A stretch of DNA of 64,000 bases from Gammaproteobacteria bacterium UBA2675 (GTDB lineage: Bacteria > Pseudomonadota > Gammaproteobacteria > Pseudomonadales > Pseudohongiellaceae). Every line of letters begins with the position of its first letter. Positions within the stretch are counted from its first letter, which is position 1. The notes beneath the pieces were generated by a model. The model was not told the DNA's origin. It ran no database searches and worked only from the letters and a program-made list of their open reading frames with translations. A program made the position numbers and the translations under genes. Shown here piece by piece: positions 7,158 through 15,195 of the stretch. The DNA lies in assembly GCA_002354805.1 (NCBI GenBank), contig DEMH01000015.1, positions 116,021-180,020 on the forward strand, given 5' to 3'.

Positions 7158-9695
7158 TTACAGATTGATCTGTACGCGACCATAGATGAACCGTCCGTTC
7201 GGGCTGAAGGCACCATCAGTCAGGTAAATATTACTGCTGGTAGCGCTGAAGTCGACAGGACGTACTCTCTCAGGCATGGTGTTGAACAGGTTGTCTGCAC
7301 CAAGGATAAAGGTATAGCGGTTATCGTAGGTGTAGGCCACTTCGCCAGAAAAGATGGTCTTGTCGCCTGCCCAGTAGTCACGGCTCGGATCAGCACTGCT
7401 CGGCACACGGAAGTACTCATCATAGTAGTTCGCCTGCAGAGTGAAACGCCAGTCCTGATAGTTGTGGTTAGCGCGGAAGTTGATACGGTTTCTTGGTATA
7501 CCATCTTCCAGGTCAGCCACGTTGGCACGGGTCAGCAGGCCAGGTGTGAACTCCTTAAGCTCCTGCGTCTGGTACGCCCATGATGCGTTGAAGCTGGTGG
7601 TGCCGGCGTTCTGCCAGTCCATATCCCAGGACGCAACCACTTCCACACCCTCGTTGGTGGTGGACATGTCGTTGGTGTAGTAGTTGAACGACACGATGCT
7701 GCGTGCACCGGAGATACCGGAATCTTCCAGTTCCTGAGCGATCTGCGGCGTAATGTCGAAGGTCGCGGAGTTCAGGATACGGTCGTCGATATCGATGCGG
7801 TAGTAGTCCACAGACAGGTCAACCGGTCCGATTTCAGCCGTCCAGCCAATGCTGAAGTTGGTTGCTTCTTCTGGTGTCAACTCGGTACCACCAAAACGCT
7901 GGGAGATCGGGTTGGTTGGTGGAATCTGACCCTGTGTGACCGGAATGGAGTCCACAACACCGGTAGAGATGTTGGAGATGTTGGCCTGGCCGGGAGACGG
8001 AGCACGGAAGCCGGTGCTGACCGTACTACGCAGGTTCATTGTGTCAGTCAGGCGGTAACGGGCACTCAACTTGCCGTTGGTGGTGTCACCAAAGGTGTTG
8101 TAGAAGTCCTCGTAACGAATCGCGGCACCCAGCAGCAGGCGCTCGGTCACGTCAATTTCCATGTCCACGTAGAAGGCCCAGTTCTTTCGGTCCCACGAAC
8201 CCTGCTGGTCAGGACCGAAACCCTGGAAGCCGTCAGAACCCACACCGAAGCCCTGGCTGGCATATGGTCCAATGCGGTAGGCGTCCTGGTCTTCGTTACG
8301 TACCTTGAAGATTTCACGACGCCATTCTGCACCGTAGCCAATGTTCAGGTCGGAGTACATGCCAACGTCAAAGCCCTTGACCAGGTCGACGTTAACAGTG
8401 TTCTCGATCGTGGTGTAGACACCCGGCTCGAATGATGTTGGTGAGTCCGGACCCATGGACGGGTTGACGGTGTTGTAGATGAAGTAGGTCATCTCGTTAA
8501 AGCCGTTGTTGATGCTGACATCGTAACGAGTGCCGTCATCCAGCTCGCCGCGGATACCTGCCGCGGCCATGGTGTCAACGTTTCGGCCACCGAAGTCAGG
8601 CGTGTAACCGCCCGGGAACCACTCGGCAAATGAGAAACAGTTGGGGTTGGCAGCGCTGGCATCACGAGCGGCCAGCGAGCTGGTCACACCTGTCTGCGGG
8701 TTCACACCACGCGGGATGACCGGACAGCCTACACCGTCGTTGGGAGTCAGGTCAGCAAACAGCTGGTTGGAGCCGCTGGTGAATACGCCGCTTCGGTTTT
8801 CCGGGTTCCGGAAGAAGAAACCGAGCTCAACGTCTTTCTCGCCGTAGCCTGCGAAGGCATAAAGCTCCTGGTTGGCACTCAGCTGGATACCAGAGTTCAT
8901 AAAGAAATTTACTATCTCAGAGTCGGGCAGACCCTGGCGCTGGACATTGACTCGCGGTGCGTTGTTGCCAGCGTCGATCAATGCCTGCGCGTCACCGCGC
9001 TGCACGGAGCGGTCGCTGCGACGCTGGTCAGTCATGTCAAAGCTTAAACTTACGAAGCCGTCAGGGCCCAGCGGCAGGCCGACGTTACCAGCATAGTAGT
9101 TCAGCATGCCGTCGTCAGTTTCGGACAGGCGACCGTGCTTGGCTTCGAAGGTCGCGCCATCACGGTTCTCTTTCAACAGGAAGTTGATTACACCGGCGAT
9201 GGCGTCAGAACCGTACTGGGCTGATGCACCGTCACGCAGCACTTCTACCTGGCGCAGGGCAATTGGTGGAATCTGGGCAACATCCGGGAAGTGGGTGCCC
9301 TGACGGCCAAACTGGATCGCCGCTGAGCGGTGACGACGTTTGCCGTTAACCAGAACAAGCGTATCGTCTGCTGGCAGACCACGCAGTGTCGCCGGACGTA
9401 CCAGCGAGTTGGAGTCGTTGATGTCCTGGACGTCTACGTTAAATGTTGGAATCAGGTTGCGCAGCAGATCGTTCATGTCTGCGGTACCCTGGTCCTGGAA
9501 GTCCTGAGCGGAAAACACGTCGATGGGCGCTGCTGATTCAAGGGCAGTACGCGGTGCACCGCGGGAACCGGTAACCACCACTTCTTCGAGCTCCGGAGCC
9601 GCTTCCTGGCCGTATGCCAGCTGAGTGCCAGCAGTCAGCGAGCCCAGCAGCACCAGTGACGATGACAGTGTGCAGAGTTTTAGTGACTTGTTCAT
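7158..9695 (-). CDS. TonB-dependent outer-membrane receptor
   Basis: Signal peptide; plug region EEVVVTGSRG...LRGLPADDTLVLVNGKRR...VEVLRDGASAQYGSDAIAGVINF; 845 aa with a beta-barrel composition. Confidence 0.95.
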   Translation of the reverse strand: MNKSLKLCTLSSSLVLLGSLTAGTQLAYGQEAAPELEEVVVTGSRGAPRTALESAAPIDVFSAQDFQDQGTADMNDLLRNLIPTFNVDVQDINDSNSLVRPATLRGLPADDTLVLVNGKRRHRSAAIQFGRQGTHFPDVAQIPPIALRQVEVLRDGASAQYGSDAIAGVINFLLKENRDGATFEAKHGRLSETDDGMLNYYAGNVGLPLGPDGFVSLSFDMTDQRRSDRSVQRGDAQALIDAGNNAPRVNVQRQGLPDSEIVNFFMNSGIQLSANQELYAFAGYGEKDVELGFFFRNPENRSGVFTSGSNQLFADLTPNDGVGCPVIPRGVNPQTGVTSSLAARDASAANPNCFSFAEWFPGGYTPDFGGRNVDTMAAAGIRGELDDGTRYDVSINNGFNEMTYFIYNTVNPSMGPDSPTSFEPGVYTTIENTVNVDLVKGFDVGMYSDLNIGYGAEWRREIFKVRNEDQDAYRIGPYASQGFGVGSDGFQGFGPDQQGSWDRKNWAFYVDMEIDVTERLLLGAAIRYEDFYNTFGDTTNGKLSARYRLTDTMNLRSTVSTGFRAPSPGQANISNISTGVVDSIPVTQGQIPPTNPISQRFGGTELTPEEATNFSIGWTAEIGPVDLSVDYYRIDIDDRILNSATFDITPQIAQELEDSGISGARSIVSFNYYTNDMSTTNEGVEVVASWDMDWQNAGTTSFNASWAYQTQELKEFTPGLLTRANVADLEDGIPRNRINFRANHNYQDWRFTLQANYYDEYFRVPSSADPSRDYWAGDKTIFSGEVAYTYDNRYTFILGADNLFNTMPERVRPVDFSATSSNIYLTDGAFSPNGRFIYGRVQINL

Positions 9696-9897
9696 TGATA
9701 TTTCCTTTTATGTAGTAAGTGCGTCTTGTTCGTGAACCGAGTAAGAGCATGCCGGCTGGAGTTGTTATATGGTTTTTGACCCAACGGCATTCTGATTATT
9801 AGATCAGCACATGTGCAAAGTCCTCCCTAAAACCTTCTCAATACCTACTAAAACACTCTCAAGCTCACGTATGGCGCGGCTTTTGAGAGATTCTGGC

Positions 9898-12207
9898 TTA
9901 GTGGACTCGAGCGGCGTTCAGGGTGGATGCCTGGGTCAGACGCTGGGTCTTGTGATGCTCGTATTCCGCCCACTGTTGCTCATTCCACAGATTGTTTTTC
10001 TGCATGAACTGCTGGCTTTCATAGGCGTCACGAGATCGGCGGCCAAGCGAGATGCCTGTGATCGATTCCATCGCCATTACACCTTCCATCAGCCGGTGTT
10101 GCCAGCTGATGCCCGCTCCCAGGGATTCAAGCAGATCCTGATAGTCAGATGATGCAAGTACGTGGTCGGGAAAAAGCTTTTCCGCCGCGTGGGTGACATT
10201 GAAGAGACGGCGCAGATGGACCGGCTGCAGGTTCTGCCAGTAGGCGACACCAGTGTCGATATCGCCTGCCATAAAGGCCAGTACGCCGTTGTTGAAGTAG
10301 AAGTCGGGCTCTTCGCGCATGGCGCCGAGATAACTGTTGTCATCTGCCCGAATATTGCCTGCCAGAAAGTTGATCACTGACTCGCTGTAGTGAGTCAGGA
10401 TGCCGTCCTGATCGACCTCGCGCTGCTGGTTCAGATAGATCTGTGCCTGCCTGAAGTCCCCCAGCAGTGCCAGGTTGACAGCGACCGATCCCAGATAGGA
10501 GACATGGTATGGCCGCTGCTGCAATTCGTTTTTACGCGCTATGACAGCCTCTGAGGGTGTCATGACGTTGTGTCTGTAGCTCCAGACCTCGTCGGGAGAA
10601 ATTTCGAAAGGGCCAACTTCAGAAGCCTGGTCAAGAAACTGGGAAGCCTCGTCATACATGCGCGCCCCAATCAGCAGCAGCGCGTAGTGAGCCATCGCGA
10701 AGCGGGGCGGGTTACCGGACAGTATCTGTTCGCGCAGCTGCATTTCCTGTTGCACGTAGCTGGAGCCTCGCATCCGCAGTTTGATAGCGTGGATGGAGTC
10801 CAGGATGTCACTGTCAGGGTCGATGCGCGAGATTTCCCTGTGGACGTCCAGTACAACCTGTAGCAACTCATGAATGCGCTCACCCGCGCTGTACACAGCG
10901 AGATTGTTGGCGGCCGTAGCCAGGCCGTGATAGGCGTTCAGAAAATCCGGGTCAAGTTCAATGGCATTGCGGTGATAGTTCATGGCGCGCTGCCAGTCGG
11001 CCGGATTGAACTGGTTATTGTAGAACTCACCGCGCAGAAACCGTTCATAGGCGAGCGGGTTGGTTGTACCCCAGTCGCGCATCTGTTCGCGTTCGCTGTC
11101 ATTGAGGTATATGCGCAGGGCATCAACCACGTTTTCGACAATCTGGTCCTGGACGGCGAATATATCGTTCATGGGCAGGTCGAACTGATCTGAGTACTCG
11201 CGCAGCCCATCGCTGGCGCGCACCAGCTGCACGATAACGCGCAGGTGGCCCTCGGACATCATGACACTGCCCTGCAGTATGTGATCGGCATTGTACAGCT
11301 CTGAGGCGCTATCATGACGGCCTCCGCGAGACATTGAGGCATTGATCATTTCGGGGCCGCGAGGGCGCGACAATATCTGTAAATGTCCGAGTTTCGCCAG
11401 TCCATGAATCAGTGATTCACGGATACCTTCGGCCAGGATCTGATTCTCGTCACTGAAGTCGCGGCTGGCGAAAGGCAATACAGCCAGTCGCACTACACCG
11501 TCCGCAGCTGGCGTCGATTCCGGGCTCTTGATGAGCACAGGGGCTGCTACCACCATCGCAATCAACATAGCGGCCGCAAAAAATCGCTGCCAGAGCGGGC
11601 GATGGTCCAGCCAGCCAAACAGAGCGCCAGACCAGCCGCGTGCTGCAGGTGGCTCTGTAGGCGGGTTCTGTGCGGCCTGAATCGATCGTGGGTCAGTAGA
11701 CGGCCCGCCAGCAGCCGGGTTCGGGAACTGATTCGCAGTTTGCGGGTCAGAATGATCGGAGCTGGATCTATCGTCAGTAGCGGGCATGGCCACAGCCGTG
11801 ACCGGCGCAATCAGGGTGTAACCGCGCTTAGGTATCGTTTTGATATATATGGGCTTGTGTGCGTCGTCCTGCAAAGCACCTCGCAGTTCTGCAATGGCCT
11901 TATGGACAGCGTGGTCGGTGGCGATAGGTGAACGCCAGATGCTCTCAAGCATCTGCGTGGGGCTGACGACCTGGCCGGCGTTTTCAATGAGCAGTCGCAG
12001 GACGTCCATGCTGCGCGGCGTAACTTTGTTCTCGATTCTGTTCTCGACTCTGGTCTCGATGAGTTCGCCAGCGGGATGTTGCTGGCCGTGAGAGGGCTCA
12101 ATGGAGTTTTTTGAGACAGTGCAGGCACCCGGCGACACTTCCCAGTCACCGACCTTGACGAGTTGATAGTCCTGCATTTTTATCGTTGTTTTTTCGGCCA
12201 TAGGCAA
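9898..12207 (-). CDS. CadC/ToxR-like one-component regulator: N-terminal OmpR/PhoB-type winged helix, one TM helix, large periplasmic TPR-like sensor domain
   Basis: wHTH: RSMDVLRLLIENAGQVVSPTQMLESIW...AIAELRGAL...YIKTIPKRGYTLIAPV. TM helix: FFAAAMLIAMVVAAPVLI. The C-terminal ~500 aa carries TPR-like repeats. Confidence 0.85.
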   Translation of the reverse strand: MPMAEKTTIKMQDYQLVKVGDWEVSPGACTVSKNSIEPSHGQQHPAGELIETRVENRIENKVTPRSMDVLRLLIENAGQVVSPTQMLESIWRSPIATDHAVHKAIAELRGALQDDAHKPIYIKTIPKRGYTLIAPVTAVAMPATDDRSSSDHSDPQTANQFPNPAAGGPSTDPRSIQAAQNPPTEPPAARGWSGALFGWLDHRPLWQRFFAAAMLIAMVVAAPVLIKSPESTPAADGVVRLAVLPFASRDFSDENQILAEGIRESLIHGLAKLGHLQILSRPRGPEMINASMSRGGRHDSASELYNADHILQGSVMMSEGHLRVIVQLVRASDGLREYSDQFDLPMNDIFAVQDQIVENVVDALRIYLNDSEREQMRDWGTTNPLAYERFLRGEFYNNQFNPADWQRAMNYHRNAIELDPDFLNAYHGLATAANNLAVYSAGERIHELLQVVLDVHREISRIDPDSDILDSIHAIKLRMRGSSYVQQEMQLREQILSGNPPRFAMAHYALLLIGARMYDEASQFLDQASEVGPFEISPDEVWSYRHNVMTPSEAVIARKNELQQRPYHVSYLGSVAVNLALLGDFRQAQIYLNQQREVDQDGILTHYSESVINFLAGNIRADDNSYLGAMREEPDFYFNNGVLAFMAGDIDTGVAYWQNLQPVHLRRLFNVTHAAEKLFPDHVLASSDYQDLLESLGAGISWQHRLMEGVMAMESITGISLGRRSRDAYESQQFMQKNNLWNEQQWAEYEHHKTQRLTQASTLNAARVH
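12029..12064 (-). repeat. in-frame 12-nt tandem repeat x3 inside the regulator gene (encodes IETR-VENR-IENK)
   Basis: The + strand reads TTCTCGATTCTG / TTCTCGACTCTG / GTCTCGATGAGT, three consecutive units. Confidence 0.5.
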
Positions 12208-12671
12208 TCTTTCTTGTATTCATCTATGCAAACAAAAACGGCACCGGACGTCAAGCATTTACGCGCACATGTTGCGTTATATCAAGGCTTGCCCTGCCAG
12301 CGTAGTGACTATGGTCATAGCCGTGCCGAGAGGCCGGCGCCAAATATGCCAGGGTGGTTGTGATGCAAGATTGAGGCCACGCAGGCCGATGCCGCATCCT
12401 GCATGGGAGACATGGCAGTTCCGCAAATTCGAACAGATTCAAGCCGCCAGCCTTTGGTGCCGATAGTATGACAGCGCACCAGAACAGGGCGCCGCACCCT
12501 GGTCTGGAATGTTGCCAGGGTGAACCGGGTAGGTTTTTGGTATGTTTCGGGCAGGACTTTTTATGGCGGCGTGCGCATAATAGTGTTCCCGATGACCAGC
12601 CAATGGCGCGAAGACGTCAGCCCGGCCACTCGGACAAGAAGTAGAAGTATGGACTGCAGAGGATATCGCAA

Positions 12672-14243
12672 GTGTCAAAACCCGTAACGCGTCGTGAATT
12701 TCTGAATCTAATTGCTGCCACCGGCGGTGTCGCTGCCGTGCTCGGTGTCGGCGGGGCGCTGGGACTGATTCCAGCCAGCACCTCGGCCAGTGTGCCTAAC
12801 CTGATGCCCCTGAATGGTCAGAGCAAGCGTGTTGTTGTGCTGGGTGGGGGTATCTCCGGCCTGACCACAGCCTACGAGCTTGGCAAGGCTGGTTATGACT
12901 GCACCGTGCTGGAGGCTTCTCACCGTTGTGGTGGGCGAATCATGACAGTTCGCCACGGAGATCTTATCGACGAGATAGGCAACCCCCAGATCTGTAATTT
13001 TGATGATGAGCCACACCTGTACTTTAACTGCGGTGCTGCCCGAATTCCCAGTTCCCACAAGAATGTCCTGAACTACTGCAAGGAACTCGGTGTTGAGCTG
13101 GAGATGTTCATCAACGAGAACAAAAACGCACTGGTGCATGATCCCGACCTGAATGGCGGCAAGCCCATGCGTAATATCGATATCAGCACTAACCTCAAAG
13201 GCTTCATGGCCGAGATGATGTTCAAGGGCTTTAATGCCGCAGAACTTGACCAGCCCTTTACGGACGAGGAAGCCAGCAAGGTTGTGACGCTGATTCGACA
13301 GTTCGGCGACCTGGATCAGGATGGGCGCTACACCGGCAGTCTGCGCAGCGGTTATGCTTCCGGCGGGTTTATCTCTGATCCCGTGCAGGAGGAGATGATT
13401 CATATCCGTGACCTGCTGAAGGCCGATACCGGTCTCTTGCGCGCCGTGCTGCTCGAAAATGAAGGTGAGACAGGCCCGATGCTGATGCAGCCGGTTCATG
13501 GCATGGATAACATTACCAAAGGCTTCCTGCGCAAGCTGGAAGGCAAGGTGCAGTACCACGCGATGGTCATGGCTGTGCACGATCATGGCGACAGTATTGA
13601 TGTGACCTACGACCAGAACGGCGAGCGCCACACTATCACCGCTGACTACGTCTTCAACTGCATCCCGGCACACCTGATGGTTGGTATAGAAAACAACTTC
13701 CCGGAAGATTATCGCGAAGCGATGAAACAGATCCGCCGTGGTGTAGCCTATAAAGGGGCTTTCCAGATGAAGCAGCGCTTCTGGGAAGATGAAGAGATTT
13801 ATGGCGGGATCACCTGGACCAATCAGCCGATTCGTCAAATCTGGTATCCCTTCCACGGGCTGCTCAAGCAGAAGGGCGTCATGCTCGCTGCCTATGACTA
13901 CGGCGGTGGTGACCGCTGGCAGCGCCTGACACAGGAAGAGAGAATTGAAGAGATGCTGTCGCAGGGCGAAAAAATTCACCCGCAGTATCGCGAGATGGCC
14001 GAGCACGGTATCACCATCGCCTGGCACCGCATGAATCATATGCTGGGCTGTTCTGCGCGCTGGGGCAGCATGACACCCGAACGGGAAGTGCAGTATTCAC
14101 TATTGCAGCAGCCTGCCGGTCGTCACTACATGATCGGAGATCAAATCAGTCGTAAGTCCGCCTGGATGGAAAGTGCAATTCAATCTGCACACTGGGCGAT
14201 GGCACACCTGGATCAACGCGTGCGGTCGGAAGCCGCCGCTTGA
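12672..14243 (+). CDS. Tat-exported flavin-containing amine oxidase / L-amino-acid-oxidase family protein
   Basis: GTG start. Twin-arginine signal TRREFLNLIAATGGVAAVLG. FAD dinucleotide fold VVVLGGGISGLTTAYELGKAGYDCTVLEASHRCGGR. Confidence 0.9.
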   Translation: MSKPVTRREFLNLIAATGGVAAVLGVGGALGLIPASTSASVPNLMPLNGQSKRVVVLGGGISGLTTAYELGKAGYDCTVLEASHRCGGRIMTVRHGDLIDEIGNPQICNFDDEPHLYFNCGAARIPSSHKNVLNYCKELGVELEMFINENKNALVHDPDLNGGKPMRNIDISTNLKGFMAEMMFKGFNAAELDQPFTDEEASKVVTLIRQFGDLDQDGRYTGSLRSGYASGGFISDPVQEEMIHIRDLLKADTGLLRAVLLENEGETGPMLMQPVHGMDNITKGFLRKLEGKVQYHAMVMAVHDHGDSIDVTYDQNGERHTITADYVFNCIPAHLMVGIENNFPEDYREAMKQIRRGVAYKGAFQMKQRFWEDEEIYGGITWTNQPIRQIWYPFHGLLKQKGVMLAAYDYGGGDRWQRLTQEERIEEMLSQGEKIHPQYREMAEHGITIAWHRMNHMLGCSARWGSMTPEREVQYSLLQQPAGRHYMIGDQISRKSAWMESAIQSAHWAMAHLDQRVRSEAAA

Positions 14244-14312
14244 TGGCTGGCAGGTCGGGAACCCTGCCAGTTCTGTAGTACTTGAAGTTCCTCTTGATGG
14301 GTAGTCTCTTGT

Positions 14313-14350
14313 GGCTGCTCTGGCGTTTGCCGGAGCAGCCTTTCTTTTTT
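14313..14350 (+). terminator. rho-independent terminator after the amine oxidase gene
   Basis: GGCTGCTC...GAGCAGCC stem followed by TTTCTTTTTT. It is preceded by a second, weaker hairpin at 14247-14270. Confidence 0.8.
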
Positions 14351-14380
14351 ACGCGCTTGTACAATTGTCGCAATCGGCGT

Positions 14381-14394
14381 TTGATTTAAATCAA
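14381..14394 (+). promoter_or_regulatory. perfect FNR/Anr-type box TTGAT-TTAA-ATCAA with class II promoter geometry
   Basis: Exact match to TTGAT-N4-ATCAA, embedded in the 16-bp palindrome TTTGATTTAAATCAAA. TACTAT at 14416-14421 sits where a -10 element is expected for a site centred at -41.5. Confidence 0.5.
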
Positions 14395-14549
14395 AACGCT
14401 GCCGTGGCGCTTGATTACTATTCCTTCTGCATCCTTTCAATTAAAGCAAAAAGGCTGACTAAACAGCCGGGTGCGTCCGCAAATTACGATTTTGCGAGAC
14501 CTGAGAAGCCATGCAATTTTTATGATCCAACTGAGAGCAGGGGAAAGAC

Positions 14550-14954
14550 ATGATGAAGAATGCAATCAAGAACGGCGTGTGGCGAAGTGCAGTGGCCGGA
14601 GTGGCTCTGTCCTTTATGGCACCCGCTGCACTGGCCCAGATCGAAGGCGTTTATGTGTCTGATGCGGGTGATGAGTGTACCTTGACGATAACCGAGATCA
14701 ATATCCCGGAGCCCCAGTTTGGCGACGGTTATTATCGTGTCGAGTCACGTGGTAAAGCCGCATGCATGTGGGATGGTGTCGGCATGGGGCAGTCCACCAA
14801 TCTTGTCGGTGGTTACGTGACACTTCCGCCTGTGTTCAATCGTGTCTATATCACGGCCAAATGGTTGTTCGGCCCTACCAGCCCCAAGGTGGAGATGGTG
14901 CAGACCAATGAGGCCGGTGAAGTATTGATGAGCTCCACGTATACGCGTCAGTGA
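14550..14954 (+). CDS. small secreted protein of unknown function
   Basis: Signal peptide MMKNAIKNGVWRSAVAGVALSFMAPAALAQ|IE; mature protein of about 100 aa with two Cys; no family recognised. Confidence 0.7.
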   Translation: MMKNAIKNGVWRSAVAGVALSFMAPAALAQIEGVYVSDAGDECTLTITEINIPEPQFGDGYYRVESRGKAACMWDGVGMGQSTNLVGGYVTLPPVFNRVYITAKWLFGPTSPKVEMVQTNEAGEVLMSSTYTRQ

Positions 14955-15111
14955 TAGTTGTTATTCATCTGACTGTTTAGAGGATTGTCCTTTGGCGGCT
15001 CTGTATCCGGACTGATGCAAGAGCCGCTATTTGCTGCAAAAAAATCAAGCTGTTTCTGCGAAAGTGAGGTCTGACGCGTTTAAGCGAATCAGGCGGTTTT
15101 GCATGACAAAT

Positions 15112-15123
15112 TGAATCGATTCA
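15112..15123. promoter_or_regulatory. perfect 12-bp palindrome TGAATCGATTCA upstream of the acyl-CoA synthetase gene; candidate operator
   Basis: Read directly; lies about 75 bp upstream of ATG 15196. Confidence 0.3.
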
Positions 15124-15195
15124 CAATCTGTTGAACTGCGTATCTGCCTGGTTTAGTCTTGCTATCTCTATATCGTGCCACCAGGAGCAGAATAA

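Noticed and set aside
9696-9800. Fur box upstream of the first TonB-dependent receptor (minus-strand string GATCTAATAATCAGAAT).
   Set aside because: It matches the 19-bp Fur consensus only partially. This is not enough to call iron regulation.
12708-14039. 443-aa minus-strand ORF antisense to the amine oxidase gene. Similar long antisense ORFs occur at 24110..25135, 36149..36982, 44328..45188, 42780..43478 and 22506..23171.
   Set aside because: These are typical stop-poor antisense frames of GC-rich genes. In every case the opposite strand carries clear family motifs, and the antisense products have none.
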